Below are positions 54,646 to 64,000 of a stretch of 64,000 bases of DNA, one piece after another (position 1 is the first letter of the stretch; each line of letters starts with the position of its first letter). The stretch covers positions 105,382-169,381 of the forward strand of contig CAVYRJ010000011.1 of NCBI GenBank assembly GCA_963770935.1, written 5' to 3'. The notes under the pieces are model-generated. The model made no database searches, had not been told where the DNA came from, and saw only the letters and a program-made list of their open reading frames with translations. The position numbers and the translations under genes are program-made. Source of the stretch: Candidatus Bathyarchaeota archaeon. GTDB lineage: Archaea; Thermoproteota; Bathyarchaeia; Bathyarchaeales; Bathycorpusculaceae.

Positions 54646-54939
54646 ATGCTTAGCAAAACTGAACAGGAATATCTGAGAAATCCATTGAGCTTCAACCCAG
54701 ATTATGCAAAAGTGCTCAAAAGTCGCGTCACAGCTAAGGCACGTGCATTCAATGAAGATCTGAACTTGTTATCATCGGCTGGATTAGTTACTCAGAATTG
54801 TAACCAAGTTACAGGATTTAGTAACCAAAGTTTGGGTTTAGATCAGTCTCTATTAACAAATCAGGGGCAAAATTGGAGCCTTCGGCGGGATTTGGACCCG
54901 CGACCATTACCTTACCAAGGTAACGCCCCACCGGACTAG
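54646..54939 (+). CDS. putative integrase N-terminal part, element B (runs into antisense tRNA)
   Basis: position equivalent to int(N) of element A; reads att as WSLRRDLDPRPLPYQG. Confidence 0.55.
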   Translation: MLSKTEQEYLRNPLSFNPDYAKVLKSRVTAKARAFNEDLNLLSSAGLVTQNCNQVTGFSNQSLGLDQSLLTNQGQNWSLRRDLDPRPLPYQGNAPPD

Positions 54940-54950
54940 GCTACGAAGGC
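54874..54950 (-). tRNA. tRNA-Thr(GGT)
   Basis: cloverleaf GCCTTCG/CGAAGGC, anticodon arm TTACC-TTGGTAA-GGTAA, T arm GCGGG-TCCAAAT-CCCGC, encoded CCA. Confidence 0.95.
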
Positions 54951-55340
54951 ATTTTTGTTCTTCCCACAAACAACATGCGATACTAAATAAAATGCTTGCG
55001 GTTTAGATTTCGCCAATGAAGAAAAAATTAACAAAAATTGAGCTTTAGCCCAAAGATCGAGTTAATCTTATATGCCGTAGGAATGAGCTCTAACATTCTT
55101 ACACACTCACACCCACACTACTCAACATAGAAACCATGATGACTGTGTGAGACAAGACCTCTTTCCACGCAGAAATCGCAAGCCAGAAACAACCCAAACC
55201 AAGAAAGCAACCCTTTCTAAAGCTTCAAGTGTGGTGTCCAGTTTTTAGGGTCCACACCCACACAAAGAGAAAAACAAAGAAATCGTTTGGCAAATAAATA
55301 TTAAAGCAACCTAACCTATTTCACACTGCGCAAACCATGT

Positions 55341-55428
55341 GCAGGGGTCTCCAAGCCAGGTCAACGGAGTAGGGCTTAGGACCCTATCGCGTAGGCGTTC
55401 GTGGGTTCGAATCCCACCCCCTGCACCA
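55341..55428 (+). tRNA. tRNA-Leu(TAG)
   Basis: GCAGGGG/CCCCTGC, TAGGG-CTTAGGA-CCCTA, long variable arm, TTCGAAT, CCA. Confidence 0.96.
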
Positions 55429-55774
55429 ACTATGGTAAAATAATCAGAGGGTTTAAGAAAGGGTTTTTTTGGACTTAGAATCTCCTCTTGTGGAAGAGCT
55501 TGTGTCTGTTAAAGCCGGCGATAAACTGAAAACCCGCCTTCTATCAGACGCAAGCTTCCACTTCTGTTTTGGCAGTTTTGAGACGTAGTCGTTTTCGTCT
55601 ATTAAAAAGCGTTTTTTCAAGTCGAATGTAAATGATTTAAAAAATGCTTAAAAAGGCATTTTTATGCCCCAATAGAGCAACTTGTATCAATGGGAAGGAA
55701 AGATTTAGCAAATCAGAACATAAAGTTGGTTTTTGAAAAATTCTGATCACCCGCTAATTTTTGGAGTTTAATAT

Positions 55775-56428
55775 CTATTTCTTCACTTCGCATTTGGCGA
55801 AATCTTCTTTGAATTTCTTAATTCCAATTTCAGTTAACGGATGATTCCACATCTTTGCTAAGACATCGGCTGGTATTGTTGCAATATGTGCTCCAGCTTT
55901 TGCTGCTTCTAAAACATGAATCGGATGCCTAATGCTTGCAACAATAACTTTTGTCTTAAATCCATAGTTCTTGTAAATTTGCATTATATCTCGAATTAAA
56001 TTCATTCCATCTTCAGATATATCATCCAGTCTTCCAATAAAAGGCGATACGAAGCTTGCGCCTGCCTTTGCTGCAATTAACGCTTGACTTGCACTAAATA
56101 CTAGTGTTACATTTGTTTTAATTCCCCTCTCTTCGAGTATTCTTGCAGCGTTAATTCCTTCCTGAGTAAACGCAATTTTTATTACAATATTTTTTGCCCA
56201 CTTTGAATATACTTCTGCCTCGCGAACAATTTCATTACAAGTATCTGCATTGCCTTCAACCGAAATAGGTCCCTTTATTACTTGTGCAATTTCGGCAATT
56301 ATCTCTTGTTGACTTTTTCCCCCTTCTTTTGCGCAAAGTGTGGGATTCGTTGTAACCCCATCGACAACTCCAAGTGCGGCTGCTTTTTTGATCTGTTCAA
56401 TATTTGCAGAATCTAAAAAGAATTCCAT
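55775..56428 (-). CDS. tal: transaldolase (short TalC/FSA family)
   Basis: FFLDSA, GVTTNP, NVTLVFS, SPFIGRLDD, ASIR. Confidence 0.93.
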   Translation of the reverse strand: MEFFLDSANIEQIKKAAALGVVDGVTTNPTLCAKEGGKSQQEIIAEIAQVIKGPISVEGNADTCNEIVREAEVYSKWAKNIVIKIAFTQEGINAARILEERGIKTNVTLVFSASQALIAAKAGASFVSPFIGRLDDISEDGMNLIRDIMQIYKNYGFKTKVIVASIRHPIHVLEAAKAGAHIATIPADVLAKMWNHPLTEIGIKKFKEDFAKCEVKK

Positions 56429-56463
56429 AATTTTTCACTCCAATTTGATATCATATTAAGCAA

Positions 56464-57495
56464 TTAAAACTCTTCCCCACTAATGGACTGCAATTCATTT
56501 TTATAGTTCTCTCGAACGAATTTTGCAATTCCCTCTGAGTCAAGCCCATATTTTTTCATAAGTTCAAGGGGTTCTCCTGATTCGCAGAAAATATTTCTTA
56601 TCCCATGCCGCTTTAATGTGCATGGGGTCGACTTTCCTAATTCGCTTAAGACTTCTGCAATTGCTCCTCCGAGTCCACCTGTTATTTGATGGTCTTCAAC
56701 GCTAATTATCAGGCCGGTTTTTTTTGCCCAAAATTTGATCGCATCTTCATCAATTGGCTTAATTGTATGACAATCAATTACTGCACACGAGATTCCTTCG
56801 GATTCAAGTTTCTCTGCTGCAATTATTGACTCATATACTTGTGGTCCGCATGCAAAAATTGCCACATCTTCTCCGTCCCGGTAAATATTTGCCTTTCCAA
56901 TTGTGAATGGTGTTAAATGTGTAGTAAATGAAGGCATTTTCTCTCGACATGACCTAATGTAAACTGGATTTTTTGTTTTGCTTGCATCAATCGTTGCTTT
57001 TCTTGCCTCTTCAACATCTGCTGGAACAATGACTGTCATATTCGGAAGAACTCTAGTAATTGCAATGTCTTCTAATGCTTGGTGAGATGCACCATCTGGT
57101 CCAACTGTTACTCCCGTATGTGAACCGTGTAATTTTACTGGCACATTATTATAACAAAGTGAAACACGAATCTGATCCCAATTTCTTCCAGGCGAGAAAA
57201 CCCCGTACGCAGAGATAAAAACCGTTTTCCCCGAAGAAGCAATTCCTGCAGCAACTCCTGCTAAATTCTGCTCAGAAACTCCAACTTGAACAAATCGATC
57301 TGGATACTTTTCCGCAAACCAATGCGTTCTCGTACTTTCAGAAACATCGGCAGTCAATACCCAAAAATTTGGATTTTCAGCTCCAATCTCAACTAATGCT
57401 TTTCCAAATCCATCCCGACTTGGTTTCTTATTCTGAGGAGCATCAATATTTTCGATCAGCCCCATTTGCTTATTTATTTTTGATGAATTTACCAT
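56464..57495 (-). CDS. transketolase C-terminal subunit
   Basis: GVSEQN, GPDGASHQALED, TIKPID, EDH...GGLG. Confidence 0.93.
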   Translation of the reverse strand: MVNSSKINKQMGLIENIDAPQNKKPSRDGFGKALVEIGAENPNFWVLTADVSESTRTHWFAEKYPDRFVQVGVSEQNLAGVAAGIASSGKTVFISAYGVFSPGRNWDQIRVSLCYNNVPVKLHGSHTGVTVGPDGASHQALEDIAITRVLPNMTVIVPADVEEARKATIDASKTKNPVYIRSCREKMPSFTTHLTPFTIGKANIYRDGEDVAIFACGPQVYESIIAAEKLESEGISCAVIDCHTIKPIDEDAIKFWAKKTGLIISVEDHQITGGLGGAIAEVLSELGKSTPCTLKRHGIRNIFCESGEPLELMKKYGLDSEGIAKFVRENYKNELQSISGEEF

Positions 57496-57534
57496 TTAAA
57501 CACCATAAATATTCAAATTTTCTTTTGTACTTGT

Positions 57535-59145
57535 CTAATCCCTCTTTGCATTTCCGTAGAACTTTCGTTCCTTTTCAAGATCTTCTAAGGCTGTTATTGC
57601 TTCTTTATCTCCCGGCGATTTTCCGTGCCACTCGGTAATAAATTCCATGAATGAGATATCTTTTCCAGGCACGGTATGTGCGATTATCATTGTTGGTTTA
57701 TCGATTATTGTTTTCGCTTCGTTACACGCTGAAATAATTTGTTGAATATTATGGCCATCGATACTAATTACGTTCCATCCGAATGCTCTATATTTTTCTT
57801 CAAGTGGTTCAAGTGGAAGAACATCTTCAGTAAATCCATCGATTTGAATATTATTTCGATCCATAATTGCAACTAAATTTCCGAGTTTAAATTTAGATGC
57901 TAAAAGTACCGCTTCCCATATTTGTCCCTCGTTATGCTCACCATCTGAACAGACACAGTAAACCCGCCAACCCTTTTTTTCTCTCTTTCCAACAAGTGCC
58001 ATTCCAACTGCGATCGAAAGTCCCTGGCCAAGAGGACCTGAACAATTCTCGATTCCAGGTAATGATTCTCTATGAGGATGCCCTTGTAGTCTTGATCCCA
58101 ATTTTCTAAGCGTCATTAACTCTTCTTTTGGGAAATATCCTGCCTCAGACATCGTAGCATATAGTCCCGGACAAACGTGTCCGTTTGATAATATAAGTCG
58201 ATCCCGACCTTCCCAATTCGGATTTTTTGGGTCGTGGTTTAAAACATTAAAGTAAAGTGCTGCAAAAACGTCGGCTAAACCCATCGAGCCTGCTGGGTGA
58301 CCTGATTTTGCTGCGTGAAGCATGTTAACAATACTTATCCTAATATTATTTGATAGTAAATAGAGTTTCTGTATATCGGAAATTTTTTTTGCTCCAACTC
58401 CAACCGATGAACTTAGCACAAGAAGCGTTTGTTTTGGAGGTTCGCTAATAAGTTTTGGTGCTTCAACTTCCATAGTTGTTTTCTCCGAATAAATTTGCCA
58501 TTTATTTCGACCTCGTATTCCCGACTCGTAGATATTCTGAACTGCATCTGGAATACTTTTTGCCATAAAAATTGCACTCGATGCCGCAAGAATATTTGCT
58601 CCAGCTATACTAGCACTCTCGGAAGTTACGGGATTTATTCCCCCATCAACTTCAATTTCGAGATCTGGAAATTTCGCTCGAAGAGCCTTGATTTTGGATT
58701 CGACTTCAGCAATATACTTTTGACCGCTATAACCAGGGTTAACGGTCATAATTAGAACTTGCTTAATGCCTTTATCATTGATATATGGATAAAGTTTTTC
58801 GATTGGTGTCGGCGGGTTAATTGCAAGACCTATCCTTCCACCGGAAGCGCGTGTTTTTTCTATTTCACTCCAATCAAAAATAGTCTCAACATGAATTATA
58901 TGCCTATGTTTTCCAGGCACTTTTGAAATCCAATTTTCAGGATCCTTAACCATCCAGTGGAATTCGTAAGAGATTCCTAAGGGAAGATTTGTTAAACTCT
59001 CAAGTCCAATGGTATTATTAGGGACAAAAACATTGTCCATGATGTCTATATGAACAGTTGTAACGCTTGGCTTAACTTTTTCAATCTGAGCTATCAATTC
59101 TTCTCTGCTTTTTACTAAGATTGCGGGTATTACTTCAACGTCCAT
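57535..59145 (-). CDS. fusion of ribulose-phosphate 3-epimerase and transketolase N-terminal subunit
   Basis: HIDIMD, MTVNPG.SGQ, EVDGGI, then SGHPAGS, SNGH, LQGHP, GPLGQG, SDGE..EG in one open frame. Confidence 0.9.
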   Translation of the reverse strand: MDVEVIPAILVKSREELIAQIEKVKPSVTTVHIDIMDNVFVPNNTIGLESLTNLPLGISYEFHWMVKDPENWISKVPGKHRHIIHVETIFDWSEIEKTRASGGRIGLAINPPTPIEKLYPYINDKGIKQVLIMTVNPGYSGQKYIAEVESKIKALRAKFPDLEIEVDGGINPVTSESASIAGANILAASSAIFMAKSIPDAVQNIYESGIRGRNKWQIYSEKTTMEVEAPKLISEPPKQTLLVLSSSVGVGAKKISDIQKLYLLSNNIRISIVNMLHAAKSGHPAGSMGLADVFAALYFNVLNHDPKNPNWEGRDRLILSNGHVCPGLYATMSEAGYFPKEELMTLRKLGSRLQGHPHRESLPGIENCSGPLGQGLSIAVGMALVGKREKKGWRVYCVCSDGEHNEGQIWEAVLLASKFKLGNLVAIMDRNNIQIDGFTEDVLPLEPLEEKYRAFGWNVISIDGHNIQQIISACNEAKTIIDKPTMIIAHTVPGKDISFMEFITEWHGKSPGDKEAITALEDLEKERKFYGNAKRD

Positions 59146-60072
59146 CTGGATCAACTGTTAAACCTGAATTTTTTTACCGTTTGCCATTATGGCTCGCCAA
59201 TTTTTTGAGCACGCGTGTTACAAAATGGATGCCACTATCTATTAAGCCTTCATTAATGAAGCCACCAAATTTTATCCATGGTCATTGATGTTTTGAATGC
59301 TTTGGACTCTGTTAGGGCTTCCAGCTCTTTTCACCTTTTCTTCTGCTCATGTTGTGAAAAAAAACATTGTGTAAACAATACTTTATCTAAGAAGTTGAAT
59401 CTTATGCCACTTAGAAATTACATTAGACAGTCACTTTAAAGTAAGCTTGTTATTGTTTGTTAGTATGCCGTAATATTTCAATTGGGTTTTTAACAAACTA
59501 CAGATTGGCTAATTGATTAACAGAATGCTGCTTGAGGTATTACCTAAAAAACGTATGTGTTTAGCTGTTTTAAGTTGTGTTTGATTCTGAAACATGTGTG
59601 TGCAGGGTTTCTTAGAGGAATATGCAGTGTTTTTTCTACGTTTAGAAGCTCTCTAGGGCAGCTTCCATTTAGAAGATGCAACCCACCTTTGCGGCGTTTT
59701 ATTAAAAACCCATGGAAAAAGCTTCTTTTTAAAAAACCAGCTTAAATCAAAAACAAACAAGAGAAGATGCTGCTGCTACTGCAACTTTTATTTTGCACCA
59801 GTTGCATCAATCAGACACCTGCAAAACTAACCTTCAACAATAGAAAAATCAGATATCAGCCAAAGCCAACACCGCGAAAAACGCCACACCAACCTTATAA
59901 AACCAAGTCAAAAAAACCAAGCAAAATAACGTACAGGCAGTTATCTAAACACACACAAAAAAACTAAATTATAAGCGAATTGATAAGCAACTCATCTCAA
60001 GATAAAGATGAAATAGAAAGAAATTGAGATCTGAATTATTACAACGAAATCATTAAGTATCAACTGACTAGT

Positions 60073-60204
60073 CTAAAGCCAAGAATATTTTGATCGAACA
60101 ACTTTGCATTTAGGGCAGATTGCTAAAATGACTTCACCTTTAACGATCATTTCTGGTTGGTCTATACAGTTGCAGTTTAGACAAGTACAAACTGTTGAGT
60201 CCAT
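60073..60204 (-). CDS. 43-aa zinc-finger microprotein
   Basis: MDSTVCTCLNCNCIDQPEMIVKGEVILAICPKCKVVRSKYSWL; GAGTGA upstream. Confidence 0.6.
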   Translation of the reverse strand: MDSTVCTCLNCNCIDQPEMIVKGEVILAICPKCKVVRSKYSWL

Positions 60205-60440
60205 ATTTTTTCACTCATTTTTCCTTTAAAGTTTGAGTTGGGTTTAAATTCATTACAATATTCATTTGAATATTATGTATCTTAGAAAATTCTTCATCTC
60301 TAAGAGTAATCAATTATTCAATCAGAAGTATTATAAAATTTTTTCGATTGAACAATAACCTGATCGGTTAGCGACTCAAATTTCTTAATTTTTATCTTTT
60401 CAGGGGTTGTAGCACCCCGAAAATTAATCGCTGTTCTTCT

Positions 60441-61301
60441 CTATTGCAAGAAGTCTTTTAGCCGCTTTTTTATGCTTACTACTCCTGCAGGACTTGGCAC
60501 ACTATCACTAACAACGACTTCTTTTGCCCCTGCAGCTCTAATCCTATCAAACGCACAACCCACTAGTAACCCATGAACTGAAGCGCAAATAATTCTCTTG
60601 GCTCCTCCCTTTTTACACACTTGGACAGCCTTAATCATTGTCTCTCCACTAATAATCATATCATCAATTAAAATGACATCTCGACCAGCTATATCTGCAT
60701 CGAGTTTTTCGGAAGTAATTTGCCTAAACGCAAGTGGTCCATGGATATATTCGACCAAGGGTTTTTTCCATACTTACGCCACCCAATTCTTCAACGAAGT
60801 GAGCGGCACCTCGATCTGCTGCAATAAAAACAGGATTTGATATCCGTGGTTTAACATAATCTAGTAAATCGGGAACAATCGATCGACTCTCGATATTTAA
60901 GTCCGACAGAGATTCTTTTTGCTATCACCTGAACCCAAAAAATGACAATTAAATGTAATAAGCTCATCGAGGCCAGCGTTAGACAATAATTTGACGATCA
61001 TAGTTGCAGAATCAGTTTCTCCTGGTCTCGTAATCTCATCTTGCCTCGAGTAGGGAAGATATGGAATAATTGCAGTTACTTTTGCTGCAAATGGTCTTAC
61101 TGCGCTTAGAATTTGTAAAAACTGCAAAACACGCGAATCTTGGTCTGGGTAGCATCTATGTAAAATCACAACATGTTTTTCCTTTAATTTTGCGATCTCA
61201 GGAATGTAGATATAATTCTCACAGTCATGGAATTTCTTTATCTCAATATTTGGCTCTGCGAGATCAAGACAATTTGGACTCACTAATAGAAATTTTTCCA
61301 T
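60441..61301 (-). pseudogene. prs: ribose-phosphate pyrophosphokinase (two frameshifts)
   Basis: F.D.E, PYLPYSRQD, AADRGA, LIDDMIISGET, VHGL. Confidence 0.85.
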
Positions 61302-61736
61302 GCCTCTAATTCGCTAGAAAAGTATAAAAAGCCTACTATGTTGGATTGGCAGATAATAGGTCGCAGGATACATTTTCCCAAGCCCCGACCTTGGGTAGTG
61401 TCGAATGTAGTTCTCTGAGAAAATTTCATCTGCTACTGATATGTCTCCTTTGTTCCAGACTTCATAATAGTACTTCTTAACTATAACTTAGAGTTTGTTT
61501 TCTTCTACCAACTTGTGCTAGAAAACTCCAAACCGCAAAATCTCTTCTGAATATTTGGAAATTTGTAGTTGCCTCAAGAAACTACAAAGCTGTAATGCAT
61601 AGGCCAAACATGATACTATTATTGTTAGGTTAGTATAACTAGAAAATCAATGGTTCACAGAAACCTTATATTCTCAAGTGAAGAAACTGCTAATGTCAGC
61701 CAACTACGAAAGTAAATAGGAAAGGATCAATTAACG

Positions 61737-62216
61737 ATGAGAATAGCGTTTGATCTTGATGGCGTGGTTTTGCATCAAGAAATGTATAGTCTAAAAGCAA
61801 TTGACTCTTGTAAAAATGAACAAGAAAGATTAGAATTAATGAGGTGTTACTATTCACACAGGAGCATTCAGCTAAATCCTGTCGATTTTCTCGCAGATGA
61901 TGACGAGTTATTTTTTATTACTGGTCGGTCAGTTTTGGTCGAAGATTTAACAAAGAAATGGGCAAAGAAGTACTTCCCAATGGCAACTGTCATAGCAACG
62001 CGAACAATACTTCCAAGTTCAGACAGCGATTTGATGACAAAGAATTATGTTAACGACAGGAATAAGGAATGGAGCTTAATTCAGGCTGAGAGAAAAGCCA
62101 AGGCTCTTAATGATAATAATATCGAAGTATTTTTCGAGGATGCTCCAGACGTCGTAAAGCATCTTAGGCGATTATGCAAGAGTACCAAGATTGTACAGTT
62201 CGGCGGCAGATTCTAA
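61737..62216 (+). CDS. HAD-superfamily phosphatase (5'-nucleotidase-like)
   Basis: FDLDGV, ITGR, K, FFEDA. Confidence 0.8.
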   Translation: MRIAFDLDGVVLHQEMYSLKAIDSCKNEQERLELMRCYYSHRSIQLNPVDFLADDDELFFITGRSVLVEDLTKKWAKKYFPMATVIATRTILPSSDSDLMTKNYVNDRNKEWSLIQAERKAKALNDNNIEVFFEDAPDVVKHLRRLCKSTKIVQFGGRF

Positions 62217-62730
62217 TTTATTTTAAGTAAGGTTTCGGAGTAGGGTTTGACCAGATGAGTCTTCATCACAGAACGATGAAGCACATTCCTAATTACCAAC
62301 TTTACAGGGATATAGCTCTCAGACCCGAAGATTTGGCCAATTCCTGTAAAGAAAATGGGCGAGCTACTCTGGCAAGATTTTGACTTGGTCCGAACAAATT
62401 GCGTCAATCAAATGCCCTCATAATGCTTGTGGTTGAAGATGCTGACGCGATCCGAACATCTATACACTAAAATTCTTTGAATTACTTGGGGGTGGAAAAA
62501 AGATGATGGCTGGAACGGGTCCGGAATTCCTAACTTTCGACTTACTGTTTTACCTGGTTTAACAACACTACAACATTTTCTTTTCGTCAATTTTTTTCTA
62601 TTCTATTAGGTCATTTTGAGATGTTACAATTCCATAAAATCCACTCAGCGTAAGCACTTCAAATCATAATTTGGAATTTGAATAATCAAGAAAAAAGGGG
62701 ATTGCGGGTGATTTCTCCATTTACAGAGGA

Positions 62731-62753
62731 TTCGAATCCCACCCCCTTCACCA
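62731..62753 (+). repeat. att-like copy of tRNA-Leu 3' end
   Basis: ttcgaatcccacccccttcacca versus ttcgaatcccaccccctgcacca at 55406-55428. Confidence 0.85.
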
Positions 62754-62774
62754 TTGTGTGTTTTCGTTTTAATG

Positions 62775-63812
62775 TCATGTTTCAAGTAGAATTTGCAGGT
62801 CTACGTCTCGGAAGTGTTGAAATGCTTTTTTCCCGTATTTTTTGTCTACTCTTCCTGCGTAAGTTTGTAGTGCTTTGAGAGCAGCTGTACCGCCAATCTT
62901 TTCCTTAAACGACATTCTCATGACCCAACCTTTGTATCGAAGATACCCAGTGCCAGTCGTTAAATCTTCTTCCTTCACTCCTTTCAACGCAACACGTTCG
63001 CAACAAACCCCAAATTCGGATAAAACCTTGAAAACAGTGTCTTCGACAAAAGACCAAATCGCCAGCGTCTTCTCGCTGCCTCGGTTAGCGAAATAAGTTC
63101 CAGCGTCAACCACAAGATACGCGCACTTCTCTTTCTCGAATTTGCCGCAACTTCCGAGTATCCACAGAAACCTCAACACATGTGCTCTTAAGTTTTCAAG
63201 TTTGTGCTGTTGAGCAAATGTGTCTGTGCCCCATAGTCCCAATGAAGAATGTTGCAAGGTTCCCAGCAAATTGTGAACCGCTTTGAAAGATGCTGTCTCT
63301 TCCTTGGAGAAGGGCAGATTCTCTGGAAAGTCAGCGATTCTTGTCTTAGGTGTTGGAACTTTTGCAGGTTCCATAATCTCTTCTGGCTTCAGCGAAGCAT
63401 GAATAGCCTCTAAACGACTTATTCCTTGGAAAGGTTCGACAAAAGTATGATACTCCTCTTCGGAAATCGGTGCGCCTAGCTTCGCTTCAATGCTTTCACG
63501 GTTCCAAGCGCCCGCCGTTGCTTTCACTGTGTCACATGGAAATCGAGAGCAATGAGCACAGTTTGCCACTCCCGCTTTGTCTACGCATTGGCGTATCAGA
63601 CATTTTCGATTAGGCAACTTTGATTCTTTTGGGATTTTTGCATCTGGAGTTTGGCAGGTCAGGCACGGTGTCTTAATTGGCATGTACCCTAGAATCCTCT
63701 TAGCATTGTTTCTGTATCGTTCAAAATCTTCGGCAGTCATGCCCTTCCGCGGGTAAGGTCCCCAAGGACAAGCACCACAATCAATGCCACATTTGGAAAC
63801 AAGGTTTGGCAC
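62775..63812 (-). CDS. DUF3795-like Cys-rich protein
   Basis: CGIDCGAC, CxxC, C.IRQC, CAHC..FPC. Confidence 0.75.
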   Translation of the reverse strand: MPNLVSKCGIDCGACPWGPYPRKGMTAEDFERYRNNAKRILGYMPIKTPCLTCQTPDAKIPKESKLPNRKCLIRQCVDKAGVANCAHCSRFPCDTVKATAGAWNRESIEAKLGAPISEEEYHTFVEPFQGISRLEAIHASLKPEEIMEPAKVPTPKTRIADFPENLPFSKEETASFKAVHNLLGTLQHSSLGLWGTDTFAQQHKLENLRAHVLRFLWILGSCGKFEKEKCAYLVVDAGTYFANRGSEKTLAIWSFVEDTVFKVLSEFGVCCERVALKGVKEEDLTTGTGYLRYKGWVMRMSFKEKIGGTAALKALQTYAGRVDKKYGKKAFQHFRDVDLQILLET

Positions 63813-64000
63813 TCATTTTACCTCCGAGAAAAAGATGCGGAAAATGTAATAAAAGACTTTCCAAGCTTTACATCGCCTAAGGGTGGCAAAATGCTGTTTT
63901 CAAAAATGTCATCCTCGAAAAAAATTCACTGAAGAACAAATTGAGCAAAGAAAAAAGGGAAAGAGGCTGCGTAGAAACTCTTATTTGGCGATATCGCCAC

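Larger units (their letters stand above)
43080..54920. mobile_element. integrated element B (~11.8 kb), defence-like cargo
   Basis: att copy 2 through to tRNA-Thr; int(C) at left end. Confidence 0.88.
55406..62753. mobile_element. genomic island at tRNA-Leu 3' end carrying pentose phosphate genes
   Basis: 22/23-bp direct repeat of the tRNA 3' end at 62731-62753; AT-richer content; no integrase seen. Confidence 0.7.

Noticed and set aside
59200-60060. Short ORFs 59557 and 59767
   Set aside because: Low-complexity AT-rich sequence with no protein-like features.
400-63096. Numerous antisense or overlapping ORFs in the track (e.g. 1226, 2307, 8252, 22486, 38894, 41253, 62875)
   Set aside because: They are shadows of well-supported genes on the other strand or in another frame.

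Overview
Archaeal chromosome segment; the gene set and order suggest Bathyarchaeia or another TACK lineage (inference). 1-33.4 kb is core genome: proteasome beta, nadC, rlmE, KEOPS genes, rps15, RecJ-like DHH, an MvhD-ferredoxin/NfnAB redox cluster, the AMP phosphorylase-RuBisCO III-R15P isomerase pathway, and a PMT-type glycosylation locus beside a Pro/Thr-rich surface protein. 33.7-62.8 kb is an AT-richer accessory zone anchored on two divergent tRNAs. Two elements sit in tandem at tRNA-Thr(GGT), bounded by three 46-48 bp att copies and carrying SSV1-type split tyrosine integrases. Element A (~9.3 kb) has a compact protein-primed-like PolB. Element B (~11.8 kb) has candidate defence modules: a metallophosphoesterase-TPR plus HSP90-like ATPase pair, a four-HTH plus HTH-TIR operon, two PD-(D/E)XK nucleases, and a ~700-nt heavily base-paired non-coding stretch that looks like a large structured RNA. 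A third ~7.3 kb island at tRNA-Leu(TAG) carries non-oxidative pentose phosphate genes, including an Rpe-transketolase fusion. Single-base frameshifts also hit housekeeping genes, so many apparent pseudogenes are probably assembly errors. All calls were made by eye; no searches or folding programs were run.
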